A stretch of 64,000 nucleotides of DNA from Isurus oxyrinchus. Taxonomy: Eukaryota. Every line of letters begins with the position of its first letter. The first letter of the stretch is position 1. The DNA lies in the NCBI GenBank assembly GCA_026770705.1, contig JANJGN010000026.1:30504001-30568000 (forward strand), read 5' to 3'. The notes below the pieces were generated by a model. That model was not told where the DNA came from. It did no database searches and worked only from the letters and a program-made list of their open reading frames with translations. Both the position numbers and the translations under genes were made by a program. Of this stretch, positions 8,807-23,518 are shown one piece after another.

Positions 8807-10041
8807 TGCAGCAAAATCAGCACGTCTTTCGATGCAGCTTAAAACAGTTACTCACCATGTCAAAGGTATCTCATAGTAACGTGTGCTCATAAAGACAGAC
8901 AAAGAGTGATCAGATCTAATTAACGCATCATTTTCAAGCCTATTCCCAGTGAAATTCTTGCATTTTGTTTAAAAGCTAACTGCGCTCGATTTCAAATGAG
9001 CACCATATGATTTGCATACCTGTTGACTGACATTCTTTCGTCTATCAGTCATGTTTGCAATTCGGGGCTGGTGTATATTTCAGAGAGTTTCAATTCAGAC
9101 GAAGGCATGAATAACAGATAAAATATGAATATTAAATATAGAATAACGGAACAAGTACTGAGTTTCTTTAATTTCGTCTTCCAAGGATGAGAAGGATGTT
9201 CCTGATGATTGAGCAGAAAGCATTGCACTCGGAGACATTTGCTGGACGGACACGTCTACATTTTGAAATTCAAAACAAGCTGAGGCACCAGGGTGAAACC
9301 AACAGTTGCTTCCCTGCAGCAAGTGACATGGACCCTCAGTCCAGCCATTGGAAACCTTCAAACACCCTGGTGGCTCAGCTCTGCCCAGTTTGTTCCACAA
9401 ATATTTATCCTCTGTTAGATTCCGGTCCAGGATCAAAATTATTTCAAACCAAATGAAGTAAAGGAACAATTGAAGCATGTGAACTTGGCCGGGGCCTGTT
9501 AAACTTCGGAACAAAAATTTTGCTCTCGGTTGAAGGCGAATGGAGCAAAAGTAATAAGATTGTAAAAATAGTAAGGTTGAAAAAAATAACACTTTCGCAA
9601 ATTCGATGTGAGATCAATTGCATAATTACATCATGTACATCTGGTAAAGTATATTAGGAACCCAAGTCCAAATCGTCATGTGAACCTTGTCAATTAAGGC
9701 AGAGCAAGCATGGATTCTGCAGAAATGACTTGTTCAAAAGAGAATTAAGTGATTTAATGAAAGGGAGAAGAAATAGCTCATTAATAGAGAGAAGCAAATT
9801 ATGATGAATTCGTTTTCTCGTTTAAAAAGGGGCCTGAGATCGGATGTTGGAAGGGCCGCTTTTGTCATTGTTTGGATACGTGGGTGCTAGGCCATTTTAT
9901 GAGTACATTGTTACATCGGTCTCGCTGCAGCGTTCCTGAGAACTGCAGCTGTATTCCATTTCTCCGCAATAGAGACCCAGATTGCTGCAGCGTTACAGCG
10001 CAGTTCAGCATTCCGGACAGGAGTCATGGGACCGCACGGCA

Positions 10042-10114
10042 GTTTCTGTAGTGTAGTGGTTATCACGTTCGCCTCACACGCGAAAGGTCCCCGGTTCGAA
10101 ACCGGGCAGAAACA
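10042..10114 (+). tRNA. tRNA-Val-CAC: tRNA-Val(CAC), type A
   Basis: Identical to 69-141. Confidence 0.97.
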
Positions 10115-11599
10115 TTATGCAAACTTCGTCATTAAATATGAGGCTAATTTGCGTCGTTGAAGCCTCCATGAATCTCCTATGGTGCAGGCGATATTGCATT
10201 TGCTCTCACCGAGGTCTCAAAATGAATGCAGCAAAATCAGCACCTGCTGAGATTCCACGACACACTTGAGTGGATAGATGTTCGTAGTTTACTGCGCTTA
10301 CATATTAGCAGCTCGTTTAGTCAACACGATAAATCCATGGACTTTTCGATGCACTTACGAAAGTTATTCACCGTGTCAAAGGTTTCTCAGTGTAACGTGT
10401 GCTCTTAAAGACAGACAAAGAGGGATCAGATTTATTAATGCATCATTCCCAAGCCTATTTCCTGTAAAATTCTTTGATTTTGTTGAAATGCTGACTGTTG
10501 TGCTACATCTCACATCAGACCCATAGCAAATGCATTACCTGGTGACTTACATTCTTTTGTTTGACAATCAAGTTTGCAATTCGATGTTGTCGTTTTCAGA
10601 GAGCATCAAGTCAACCAAGGGCATCACTGTCAAATACATTATTACTGAATGGTGGATAAGGTAAAACAAATTGCTGAGAAAAGTTTGTTGAATTTCTTCT
10701 GCCGAGGAGAAGTGTGTTCATAATGATTTACCCGGAAGTATTGCTGCCTAAGACATTTGCTGAACCGAGCCTTCTGCATTTTGAAATTCAAACAAACAGC
10801 GGCACCAGGTGGAAACTAAGAATTGTCTTTCTGTAACAAGTGACATGACCTCTCAGTCTAACCATTGCAATCCTCCAAACATTCTGGTAGATCAGCACTA
10901 TCCTGTTTCCTAGAGAAATATATATTCTGTAAAATTACATTCCCAGAACAAAATTATATTTAAACAACTGAACGAAACGACCTCTTACAGCATGTGATCC
11001 TGACAGGGCTCTGTTTAACTGTAGCAATCATTTTCCTCCGTGATATAACACCCTGGATTAATGAGTCATGGAGCAAATGTAATCAGATTGTGGAAATAAT
11101 TCCGAAATAATGAGATGTTTGATCAGAAAAGTAAGCATTTGCGTCAATTCGATATGAAAACAAGAGATAAGTAAATAATGTTCATATGCATAGCTATGTA
11201 TGGAACACAAGTCTAAACCTTCATGGCACTGGGCGAGGGAAACGTTGTTAATTCAGGCAAACTAGGCTTGGTATCTGCGCAAACTCCTTTTTCAAAAGGG
11301 AATGATGCAATTAGTTGCTATGCAGAAAAATAACAAGTTCACTAATAGAGACTAATAGTTCACTGGGATTAATTCGTTGGCTCTTTAAAAAAACTGACAG
11401 AGAAAAGATGATGGAAGGGCCATTGCATGGATACATGGTGTTAAGCCATTTTATGATGACATTGTTATTGAGTCTGTCTGCAGCATTCCCAATTATAGCA
11501 GCTGAATTCCATTTGTCCCATCCAAAGAGCCAAAGCGCTGCTGCATGACATCACAGTTTACCATTCCAGATAGATTGACTGCAGTCATGTCTGGCCAAT

Positions 11600-11672
11600 G
11601 TTTCTGTAGTGTAGCGGTTGTCACGTTTGCCTCACACGCGAAAAATCACCGGTTTGAAACCAGGCAGAAACC
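11600..11672 (+). pseudogene. tRNA-Val(CAC) pseudogene, type B
   Basis: As 1628-1700 plus T16C. Confidence 0.88.
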
Positions 11673-13343
11673 TTATCCAAGCCTGCCAATTTTGAGAGAG
11701 GAAAATTTGTGTATGTCATGTGTGTTGTTGAATGTTACCTCAATCTCACATGCTACAGAAATGGTGCTTTTGCTCTTACCTGGGCCTTGAAATGAATGCA
11801 GCAAAATGAGAAATACTGAAATTTCATGACATACTGAGTAGAAATAGATGTTCGTTTTTTGACTCAGCGCGCATTTTAGCAGTTCGTCTGGCCAGCAACA
11901 GAATTTAGTGGGTTCTCGATGCAGATTTACATCGTTACCCACCATCTCAAAGAGATGTCTCATGCTAAGGTGTGCACATAAGGACAGGCGCAAGCGATGC
12001 TTCAATTGAACCAGAGGAAATGACAGACCTGTTACAGAATCACTCCTTTAAATATTCGGTCTTCAGCATAGAGTATCAGAAAAAATGACCGAGGGAGTCA
12101 TGGAAACCGAGGCACAGTGCAGATCTGCTGGCTTCCCCCTCCTGTCTTCTACATGGTTGTGATTAAGGCACCAGAAGGCTTCTCACCTGCAGCAAAGAGG
12201 GATCAAATATAATGACTGCATAATTCTCAAAACTGCTCCCAGTAAAATTCCTGCATTATGTTTAAAAGCTAATTGTACTCAATTTCAAAAGAGCACCACA
12301 TGGTTTGCATTACCTGTTGATTGGCATTCTTTTGTCTATCAGTCATGTTTGCAATTCGAGTTTCGGTGTATCTTTCAGAGAGTCTCAATTCAAATGAAGG
12401 CAGCAATAACAGATACAATATTAATATTAAATATAGAATAAGGGAACAAATGCGGAGTGAAGTTTGTTTAATTTTGTCTGCCAAGGATAAGACGGATATT
12501 CCTAATAATTGAGCAGAAAGCATTCCACCCGGAGACATTTGCTGGATGGACACGCCTAGATTTTGAAGTTCAATTAAGCTGAGGCACCAGGCTGAAACGA
12601 ACAGCTGTCTTCCTGCAACAAGTGACCCTCAGTCCAACCATTGGAAACCTCCAAACATTCTGGTAGCTCAGCATTGCCTGGGTGCTCCACAAATATTTAT
12701 CCTCTGTTAGATTCCGGTCCAGGATCAAACTGATTTCAAACCAAATGAAGTAAATGAAGAATTGAAGCATGCAATCTTGGCAGGGCCCTGCTAAACTCCG
12801 GAACAAACATTTTCCTCTGTAATATAGCACCCTCGATTGAATGGCTGAGGAGCAAAATGATAAGATTGTAAAAATAGTAAGGTTGAAAAATCACACTTTC
12901 GCAAGTTCGATATGAGCTCAATTGCATAATTACATCATGTTCATGTGGCGAAGTACATGAGGAACCCAAGTCCAAATCGTCATGTGAACCTTGTGAGTTA
13001 AGGTAACCCAGGCATGGATTCTGCAGAAACGACTTTTTCAAAAGGGAATTCAGCAATTTAATGAAAGGGAGGAAAAAACTGGTACACTAAGAGAGAGAAG
13101 CAATTTGCGATGAGTTAGTGTGCTCGTTTAACAAAGGGGCCTCGGATCGGACGATAGAAGGGCCTCGTATGCCTTTGATTGGATGCACGGTGCTAGGCCA
13201 TTTTATGATTACATTGTTAGACGAGTCTCGCTGCAGCGTTCCTGAGAATAGCAGCTGTATTTCATTTCTCCGCAACAGGGACTCAGATTGCTGCAGCGTT
13301 ATAGCGCAGTTTAGCATTCCAGACAAAGCTTCGTGACGTGTCC

Positions 13344-13416
13344 GTTTCTGTAGTGTAGTGGCTATCACATTCGCCTAACACGCGAAAGGTCCCCGGTTCG
13401 AAACCGGGCAGAAACA
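13344..13416 (+). tRNA. tRNA-Val-AAC: tRNA-Val(AAC), type C
   Basis: Identical to 3373-3445. Confidence 0.93.
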
Positions 13417-13542
13417 TTATGAAAACTTAATCATTAAATATTTAAGATAATTTTCATCTTTGAAGCTTACCTGAATTTCCAATGTTGCATGCAAATTACA
13501 TTTGCTCTCACCGAGGTCATAAAGCGCATGCAGCCAATTCAG

Positions 13543-13793
13543 AATACCTGCAAAAACTCAGCAAGTCTGGCAGCATCTGCGGAGAGGAACACAGTTAATA
13601 AATAGAAAAGAGGTAAAAGGTATTTGAGTTTTATATTTCTCCTCTTTTCCAATTTTACTCAGTTCTGTTGAAGAGTCATACGGACTCGAAACGTTAACTG
13701 TCTTCGTCTCCGCAGATGCTGCAAGACCTGCTGAGTTTTCCAGGTATTATTTTTGTTTTGGATTTCCAGCACCCGCAGTTTTTTGCTTTTATC
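13543..13793 (+). mobile_element. Fold-back hammerhead-bearing element (motif 13660-13700)
   Basis: Copy of 3572-3822. Confidence 0.75.
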
Positions 13794-15028
13794 TGCAGCA
13801 AAATCAGCACGTCTTTCGATGCAGCTTAAAACAGTTACTCACCATGTCAAAGGTATCTCATAGTAACGTGTGCTCATAAAGACAGACAAAGAGTGATCAG
13901 ATCTAATTAACGCATCATTTTCAAGCCTATTCCCAGTGAAATTCTTGCATTTTGTTTAAAAGCTAACTGCGCTCGATTTCAAATGAGCACCATATGATTT
14001 GCATACCTGTTGACTGACATTCTTTCGTCTATCAGTCATGTTTGCAATTCGGGGCTGGTGTATATTTCAGAGAGTTTCAATTCAGACGAAGGCATGAATA
14101 ACAGATAAAATATGAATATTAAATATAGAATAACGGAACAAGTACTGAGTTTCTTTAATTTCGTCTTCCAAGGATGAGAAGGATGTTCCTGATGATTGAG
14201 CAGAAAGCATTGCACTCGGAGACATTTGCTGGACGGACACGTCTACATTTTGAAATTCAAAACAAGCTGAGGCACCAGGGTGAAACCAACAGTTGCTTCC
14301 CTGCAGCAAGTGACATGGACCCTCAGTCCAGCCATTGGAAACCTTCAAACACCCTGGTGGCTCAGCTCTGCCCAGTTTGTTCCACAAATATTTATCCTCT
14401 GTTAGATTCCGGTCCAGGATCAAAATTATTTCAAACCAAATGAAGTAAAGGAACAATTGAAGCATGTGAACTTGGCCGGGGCCTGTTAAACTTCGGAACA
14501 AAAATTTTGCTCTCGGTTGAAGGCGAATGGAGCAAAAGTAATAAGATTGTAAAAATAGTAAGGTTGAAAAAAATAACACTTTCGCAAATTCGATGTGAGA
14601 TCAATTGCATAATTACATCATGTACATCTGGTAAAGTATATTAGGAACCCAAGTCCAAATCGTCATGTGAACCTTGTCAATTAAGGCAGAGCAAGCATGG
14701 ATTCTGCAGAAATGACTTGTTCAAAAGAGAATTAAGTGATTTAATGAAAGGGAGAAGAAATAGCTCATTAATAGAGAGAAGCAAATTATGATGAATTCGT
14801 TTTCTCGTTTAAAAAGGGGCCTGAGATCGGATGTTGGAAGGGCCGCTTTTGTCATTGTTTGGATACGTGGGTGCTAGGCCATTTTATGAGTACATTGTTA
14901 CATCGGTCTCGCTGCAGCGTTCCTGAGAACTGCAGCTGTATTCCATTTCTCCGCAATAGAGACCCAGATTGCTGCAGCGTTACAGCGCAGTTCAGCATTC
15001 CGGACAGGAGTCATGGGACCGCACGGCA

Positions 15029-15101
15029 GTTTCTGTAGTGTAGTGGTTATCACGTTCGCCTCACACGCGAAAGGTCCCCGGTTCGAAACCGGGCAGAAAC
15101 A
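15029..15101 (+). tRNA. tRNA-Val-CAC: tRNA-Val(CAC), type A
   Basis: Identical to 69-141. Confidence 0.97.
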
Positions 15102-16586
15102 TTATGCAAACTTCGTCATTAAATATGAGGCTAATTTGCGTCGTTGAAGCCTCCATGAATCTCCTATGGTGCAGGCGATATTGCATTTGCTCTCACCGAG
15201 GTCTCAAAATGAATGCAGCAAAATCAGCACCTGCTGAGATTCCACGACACACTTGAGTGGATAGATGTTCGTAGTTTACTGCGCTTACATATTAGCAGCT
15301 CGTTTAGTCAACACGATAAATCCATGGACTTTTCGATGCACTTACGAAAGTTATTCACCGTGTCAAAGGTTTCTCAGTGTAACGTGTGCTCTTAAAGACA
15401 GACAAAGAGGGATCAGATTTATTAATGCATCATTCCCAAGCCTATTTCCTGTAAAATTCTTTGATTTTGTTGAAATGCTGACTGTTGTGCTACATCTCAC
15501 ATCAGACCCATAGCAAATGCATTACCTGGTGACTTACATTCTTTTGTTTGACAATCAAGTTTGCAATTCGATGTTGTCGTTTTCAGAGAGCATCAAGTCA
15601 ACCAAGGGCATCACTGTCAAATACATTATTACTGAATGGTGGATAAGGTAAAACAAATTGCTGAGAAAAGTTTGTTGAATTTCTTCTGCCGAGGAGAAGT
15701 GTGTTCATAATGATTTACCCGGAAGTATTGCTGCCTAAGACATTTGCTGAACCGAGCCTTCTGCATTTTGAAATTCAAACAAACAGCGGCACCAGGTGGA
15801 AACTAAGAATTGTCTTTCTGTAACAAGTGACATGACCTCTCAGTCTAACCATTGCAATCCTCCAAACATTCTGGTAGATCAGCACTATCCTGTTTCCTAG
15901 AGAAATATATATTCTGTAAAATTACATTCCCAGAACAAAATTATATTTAAACAACTGAACGAAACGACCTCTTACAGCATGTGATCCTGACAGGGCTCTG
16001 TTTAACTGTAGCAATCATTTTCCTCCGTGATATAACACCCTGGATTAATGAGTCATGGAGCAAATGTAATCAGATTGTGGAAATAATTCCGAAATAATGA
16101 GATGTTTGATCAGAAAAGTAAGCATTTGCGTCAATTCGATATGAAAACAAGAGATAAGTAAATAATGTTCATATGCATAGCTATGTATGGAACACAAGTC
16201 TAAACCTTCATGGCACTGGGCGAGGGAAACGTTGTTAATTCAGGCAAACTAGGCTTGGTATCTGCGCAAACTCCTTTTTCAAAAGGGAATGATGCAATTA
16301 GTTGCTATGCAGAAAAATAACAAGTTCACTAATAGAGACTAATAGTTCACTGGGATTAATTCGTTGGCTCTTTAAAAAAACTGACAGAGAAAAGATGATG
16401 GAAGGGCCATTGCATGGATACATGGTGTTAAGCCATTTTATGATGACATTGTTATTGAGTCTGTCTGCAGCATTCCCAATTATAGCAGCTGAATTCCATT
16501 TGTCCCATCCAAAGAGCCAAAGCGCTGCTGCATGACATCACAGTTTACCATTCCAGATAGATTGACTGCAGTCATGTCTGGCCAAT

Positions 16587-16659
16587 GTTTCTGTAGTGTA
16601 GCGGTTGTCACGTTTGCCTCACACGCGAAAAATCACCGGTTTGAAACCAGGCAGAAACC
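16587..16659 (+). pseudogene. tRNA-Val(CAC) pseudogene, type B
   Basis: As 1628-1700 plus T16C. Confidence 0.88.
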
Positions 16660-18331
16660 TTATCCAAGCCTGCCAATTTTGAGAGAGGAAAATTTGTGTA
16701 TGTCATGTGTGTTGTTGAATGTTACCTCAATCTCACATGCTACAGAAATGGTGCTTTTGCTCTTACCTGGGCCTTGAAATGAATGCAGCAAAATGAGAAA
16801 TACTGAAATTTCATGACATACTGAGTAGAAATAGATGTTCGTTTTTTGACTCAGCGCGCATTTTAGCAGTTCGTCTGGCCAGCAACAGAATTTAGTGGGT
16901 TCTTGATGCAGATTTACATCGTTACCCACCATCTCAAAGAGATGTCTCATGCTAAGGTGTGCACATAAGGACAGGCGCAAGCGATGCTTCAATTGAACCA
17001 GAGGAAATGACAGACCTGTTACAGAATCACTCCTTTAAATATTCGGTCTTCAGCATAGAGTATCAGAAAAAATGACCGAGGGAGTCATGGAAACCGAGGC
17101 ACAGTGCAGATCTGCTGGCTTCCCCCTCCTGTCTTCTACATGGTTGTGATTAAGGCACCAGAAGGCTTCTCACCTGCAGCAAAGAGGGATCAAATATAAT
17201 GACTGCATAATTCTCAAAACTGCTCCCAGTAAAATTCCTGCATTATGTTTAAAAGCTAATTGTACTCAATTTCAAAAGAGCACCACATGGTTTGCATTAC
17301 CTGTTGATTGGCATTCTTTTGTCTATCAGTCATGTTTGCAATTCGAGTTTCGGTGTATCTTTCAGAGAGTCTCAATTCAAATGAAGGCAGCAATAACAGA
17401 TACAATATTAATATTAAATATAGAATAACGGAACAAATGCGGAGTGAAGTTTGTTTAATTTTGTCTGCCAAGGATAAGACGGATATTCCTAATAATTGAG
17501 CAGAAAGCATTCCACCCGGAGACATTTGCTGGATGGACACGCCTAGATTTTGAAGTTCAATTAAGCTGAGGCACCAGGCTGAAACGAACAGCTGTCTTCC
17601 TGCAACAAGTGACCCTCAGTCCAACCATTGGAAACCTCCAAACATTCTGGTAGCTCAGCATTGCCTGGTTTGTTCCACAAATATTTATCCTCTGTTAGAT
17701 TCCGGTCCAGGATCAAACTGATTTCAAACCAAATGAAGTAAATGAAGAATTGAAGCATGCAATCTTGGCAGGGCCCTGCTAAACTCCGGAACAAACATTT
17801 TCCTCTGTAATATAGCACCCTCGATTGAATGGCTGAGGAGCAAAATGATAAGATTGTAAAAATAGTAAGGTTGAAAAATCACACTTTCGCAAGTTCGATA
17901 TGAGCTCAATTGCATAATTACATCATGTTCATGTGGCGAAGTACATGAGGAACCCAAGTCCAAATCGTCATGTGAACCTTGTGAGTTAAGGTAACCCAGG
18001 CATGGATTCTGCAGAAACGACTTTTTCAAAAGGGAATTCAGCAATTTAATGAAAGGGAGGAAAAAACTGGTACACTAAGAGAGAGAAGCAATTTGCGATT
18101 AGTTAGTGTGCTCGTTTAACAAAGGGGCCTCGGATCGGACGATAGAAGGGCCTTGTATGCCTTTGATTGGATGCACGGTGCTAGGCCATTTTATGATTAC
18201 ATTGTTAGACGAGTCTCGCTGCAGCGTTCCTGAGAATAGCAGCTGTATTTCATTTCTCCGCAACAGGGACTCAGATTGCTGCAGCGTTATAGCGCAGTTT
18301 AGCATTCCAGACAAAGCTTCGTGACGTGTCC

Positions 18332-18404
18332 GTTTCTGTAGTGTAGTGGCTATCACATTCGCCTAACACGCGAAAGGTCCCCGGTTCGAAGCCGGGCAGA
18401 AACA
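18332..18404 (+). tRNA. tRNA-Val-AAC: tRNA-Val(AAC), type C, A60G variant
   Basis: T-loop reads TTCGAAG. Confidence 0.88.
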
Positions 18405-18530
18405 TTATGAAAACTTAATCATTAAATATTTAAGATAATTTGCATCTTTGAAGCTTACCTGAATTTCCAATGTTGCATGCAAATTGCATTTGCTCTCACC
18501 GAGGTCATAAAGCGCATGCGGCCAATTCAG

Positions 18531-18781
18531 AATACCTGCAAAAACTCAGCAAGTCTGGCAGCATCTTCGGAGAGGAACACAGTTAATAAATAGAAAAGAG
18601 GTAAAAGGTATATGAGTTTTATATTTCTCCTCTTTTCCAATTTTACTCAGTTCTGTTGAAGAGTCATACGGACTCGAAACGTTAACTGTCTTCGTCTCCG
18701 CAGATGCTGCAAGACCTGCTGAGTTTTCCAGGTATTATTTTTGTTTTGGATTTCCAGCACCCGCAGTTTTTTGCTTTTATC
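18531..18781 (+). mobile_element. Fold-back hammerhead-bearing element (motif 18648-18688)
   Basis: Copy of 3572-3822. Confidence 0.75.
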
Positions 18782-20016
18782 TGCAGCAAAATCAGCACGT
18801 CTTTCGATGCAGCTTAAAACAGTTACTCACCATGTCAAAGGTATCTCATAGTAACGTGTGCTCATAAAGACAGACAAAGAGTGATCAGATCTAATTAACG
18901 CATCATTTTCAAGCCTATTCCCAGTGAAATTCTTGCATTTTGTTTAAAAGCTAACTGCGCTCGATTTCAAATGAGCACCATATGATTTGCATACCTGTTG
19001 ACTGACATTCTTTCGTCTATCAGTCATGTTTGCAATTCGGGGCTGGTGTATATTTCAGAGAGTTTCAATTCAGACGAAGGCATGAATAACAGATAAAATA
19101 TGAATATTAAATATAGAATAACGGAACAAGTACTGAGTTTCTTTAATTTCGTCTTCCAAGGATGAGAAGGATGTTCCTGATGATTGAGCAGAAAGCATTG
19201 CACTCGGAGACATTTGCTGGACGGACACGTCTACATTTTGAAATTCAAAACAAGCTGAGGCACCAGGGTGAAACCAACAGTTGCTTCCCTGCAGCAAGTG
19301 ACATGGACCCTCAGTCCAGCCATTGGAAACCTTCAAACACCCTGGTGGCTCAGCTCTGCCCAGTTTGTTCCACAAATATTTATCCTCTGTTAGATTCCGG
19401 TCCAGGATCAAAATTATTTCAAACCAAATGAAGTAAAGGAACAATTGAAGCACGTGAACTTGGCCGGGGCCTGTTAAACTTCGGAACAAAAATTTTGCTC
19501 TCGGTTGAAGGCGAATGGAGCAAAAGTAATAAGATTGTAAAAATAGTAAGGTTGAAAAAAATAACACTTTCGCAAATTCGATGTGAGATCAATTGCATAA
19601 TTACATCATGTACATCTGGTAAAGTATATTAGGAACCCAAGTCCAAATCGTCATGTGAACCTTGTCAATTAAGGCAGAGCAAGCATGGATTCTGCAGAAA
19701 TGACTTGTTCAAAAGAGAATTAAGTGATTTAATGAAAGGGAGAAGAAATAGCTCATTAATAGAGAGAAGCAAATTATGATGAATTCGTTTTCTCGTTTAA
19801 AAAGGGGCCTGAGATCGGATGTTGGAAGGGCCGCTTTTGTCATTGTTTGGATACGTGGGTGCTAGGCCATTTTATGAGTACATTGTTACATCGGTCTCGC
19901 TGCAGCGTTCCTGAGAACTGCAGCTGTATTCCATTTCTCCGCAATAGAGACCCAGATTGCTGCAGCGTTACAGCGCAGTTCAGCATTCCGGACAGGAGTC
20001 ATGGGACCGCACGGCA

Positions 20017-20089
20017 GTTTCTGTAGTGTAGTGGTTATCACGTTCGCCTCACACGCGAAAGGTCCCCGGTTCGAAACCGGGCAGAAACA
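20017..20089 (+). tRNA. tRNA-Val-CAC: tRNA-Val(CAC), type A
   Basis: Identical to 69-141. Confidence 0.97.
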
Positions 20090-21574
20090 TTATGCAAACT
20101 TCGTCATTAAATATGAGGCTAATTTGCGTCGTTGAAGCCTCCATGAATCTCCTATGGTGCAGGCGATATTGCATTTGCTCTCACCGAGGTCTCAAAATGA
20201 ATGCAGCAAAATCAGCACCTGCTGAGATTCCACGACACACTTGAGTGGATAGATGTTCGTAGTTTACTGCGCTTACATATTAGCAGCTCGTTTAGTCAAC
20301 ACGATAAATCCATGGACTTTTCGATGCACTTACGAAAGTTATTCACCGTGTCAAAGGTTTCTCAGTGTAACGTGTGCTCTTAAAGACAGACAAAGAGGGA
20401 TCAGATTTATTAATGCATCATTCCCAAGCCTATTTCCTGTAAAATTCTTTGATTTTGTTGAAATGCTGACTGTTGTGCTACATCTCACATCAGACCCATA
20501 GCAAATGCATTACCTGGTGACTTACATTCTTTTGTTTGACAATCAAGTTTGCAATTCGATGTTGTCGTTTTCAGAGAGCATCAAGTCAACCAAGGGCATC
20601 ACTGTCAAATACATTATTACTGAATGGTGGATAAGGTAAAACAAATTGCTGAGAAAAGTTTGTTGAATTTCTTCTGCCGAGGAGAAGTGTGTTCATAATG
20701 ATTTACCCGGAAGTATTGCTGCCTAAGACATTTGCTGAACCGAGCCTTCTGCATTTTGAAATTCAAACAAACAGCGGCACCAGGTGGAAACTAAGAATTG
20801 TCTTTCTGTAACAAGTGACATGACCTCTCAGTCTAACCATTGCAATCCTCCAAACATTCTGGTAGATCAGCACTATCCTGTTTCCTAGAGAAATATATAT
20901 TCTGTAAAATTACATTCCCAGAACAAAATTATATTTAAACAACTGAACGAAACGACCTCTTACAGCATGTGATCCTGACAGGGCTCTGTTTAACTGTAGC
21001 AATCATTTTCCTCCGTGATATAACACCCTGGATTAATGAGTCATGGAGCAAATGTAATCAGATTGTGGAAATAATTCAGAAATAATGAGATGTTTGATCA
21101 GAAAAGTAAGCATTTGCGTCAATTCGATATGAAAACAAGAGATAAGTAAATAATGTTCATATGCATAGCTATGTATGGAACACAAGTCTAAACCTTCATG
21201 GCACTGGGCGAGGGAAACGTTGTTAATTCAGGCAAACTAGGCTTGGTATCTGCGCAAACTCCTTTTTCAAAAGGGAATGATGCAATTAGTTGCTATGCAG
21301 AAAAATAACAAGTTCACTAATAGAGACTAATAGTTCACTGGGATTAATTCGTTGGCTCTTTAAAAAAACTGACAGAGAAAAGATGATGGAAGGGCCATTG
21401 CATGGATACATGGTGTTAAGCCATTTTATGATGACATTGTTATTGAGTCTGTCTGCAGCATTCCCAATTATAGCAGCTGAATTCCATTTGTCCCATCCAA
21501 AGAGCCAAAGCGCTGCTGCATGACATCACAGTTTACCATTCCAGATAGATTGACTGCAGTCATGTCTGGCCAAT

Positions 21575-21647
21575 GTTTCTGTAGTGTAGCGGTTGTCACG
21601 TTTGCCTCACACGCGAAAAATCACCGGTTTGAAACCAGGCAGAAACC
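21575..21647 (+). pseudogene. tRNA-Val(CAC) pseudogene, type B
   Basis: As 1628-1700 plus T16C. Confidence 0.88.
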
Positions 21648-23319
21648 TAATCCAAGCCTGCCAATTTTGAGAGAGGAAAATTTGTGTATGTCATGTGTGT
21701 TGTTGAATGTTACCTCAATCTCACATGCTACAGAAATGGTGCTTTTGCTCTTACCTGGGCCTTGAAATGAATGCAGCAAAATGAGAAATACTGAAATTTC
21801 ATGACATACTGAGTAGAAATAGATGTTCGTTTTTTGACTCAGCGCGCATTTTAGCAGTTCGTCTGGCCAGCAACAGAATTTAGTGGGTTCTTGATGCAGA
21901 TTTACATCGTTACCCACCATCTCAAAGAGATGTCTCATGCTAAGGTGTGCACATAAGGACAGGCGCAAGCGATGCTTCAATTGAACCAGAGGAAATGACA
22001 GACCTGTTACAGAATCACTCCTTTAAATATTCGGTCTTCAGCATAGAGTATCAGAAAAAATGACCGAGGGAGTCATGGAAACCGAGGCACAGTGCAGATC
22101 TGCTGGCTTCCCCCTCCTGTCTTCTACATGGTTGTGATTAAGGCACCAGAAGGCTTCTCACCTGCAGCAAAGAGGGATCAAATATAATGACTGTATAATT
22201 CTCAAAACTGCTCCCAGTAAAATTCCTGCATTATGTTTAAAAGCTAATTGTACTCAATTTCAAAAGAGCACCACATGGTTTGCATTACCTGTTGATTGGC
22301 ATTCTTTTGTCTATCAGTCATGTTTGCAATTCGAGTTTCGGTGTATCTTTCAGAGAGTCTCAATTCAAATGAAGGCAGCAATAACAGATACAATATTAAT
22401 ATTAAATATAGAATAAGGGAACAAATGCGGAGTGAAGTTTGTTTAATTTTGTCTGCCAAGGATAAGACGGATATTCCTAATAATTGAGCAGAAAGCATTC
22501 CACCCGGAGACATTTGCTGGATGGACACGCCTAGATTTTGAAGTTCAATTAAGCTGAGGCACCAGGCTGAAACGAACAGCTGTCTTCCTGCAACAAGTGA
22601 CCCTCAGTCCAACCATTGGAAACCTCCAAACATTCTGGTAGCTCAGCATTGCCTGGTTTGCTCCACAAATATTTATCCTCTGTTAGATTCCGGTCCAGGA
22701 TCAAACTGATTTCAAACCAAATGAAGTAAATGAAGAATTGAAGCATGCAATCTTGGCAGGGCCCTGCTAAACTCCGGAACAAACATTTTCCTCTGTAATA
22801 TAGCACCCTCGATTGAATGGCTGAGGAGCAAAATGATAAGATTGTAAAAATAGTAAGGTTGAAAAATCACACTTTCGCAAGTTCGATATGAGCTCAATTG
22901 CATAATTACATCATGTTCATCTGGCGAAGTACATGAGGAACCCAAGTCCAAATCGTCATGTGAACCTTGTGAGTTAAGGTAACCCAGGCATGGATTCTGC
23001 AGAAACGACTTTTTCAAAAGGGAATTCAGCAATTTAATGAAAGGGAGGAAAAAACTGGTACACTAAGAGAGAGAAGCAATTTGCGATGAGTTACTGTGCT
23101 CGTTTAACAAAGGGGCCTCGGATCGGACGATAGAAGGGCCTTGTATGCCTTTGATTGGATGCACGGTGCTAGGCCATTTTATGATTACATTGTTAGACGA
23201 GTCTCGCTGCAGCGTTCCTGAGAATAGCAGCTGTATTTCATTTCTCCGCAACAGGGACTCAGATTGCTGCAGCGTTATAGCGCAGTTTAGCATTCCAGAC
23301 AATGCTTCGTGACGTGTCC

Positions 23320-23392
23320 GTTTCTGTAGTGTAGTGGCTATCACATTCGCGTAACACGCGAAAGGTCCCCCGTTCGAAACCGGGCAGAAACA
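23320..23392 (+). tRNA. tRNA-Val-AAC: tRNA-Val(AAC), C32G + G52C variant (possibly impaired)
   Basis: CGCGTAACACGCG and CCCCCGTTCG; C52-C62 mismatch. Confidence 0.75.
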
Positions 23393-23518
23393 TTATGAAA
23401 ACTTAATGATTAAATATTTAAGATAATTTGCATCTTTGAAGCTTACCTGAATTTCCAATGTTGCATGCAAATTGCATTTGCTCTCACCGAGGTCATAAAG
23501 CGCATGCAGCCAATTCAG

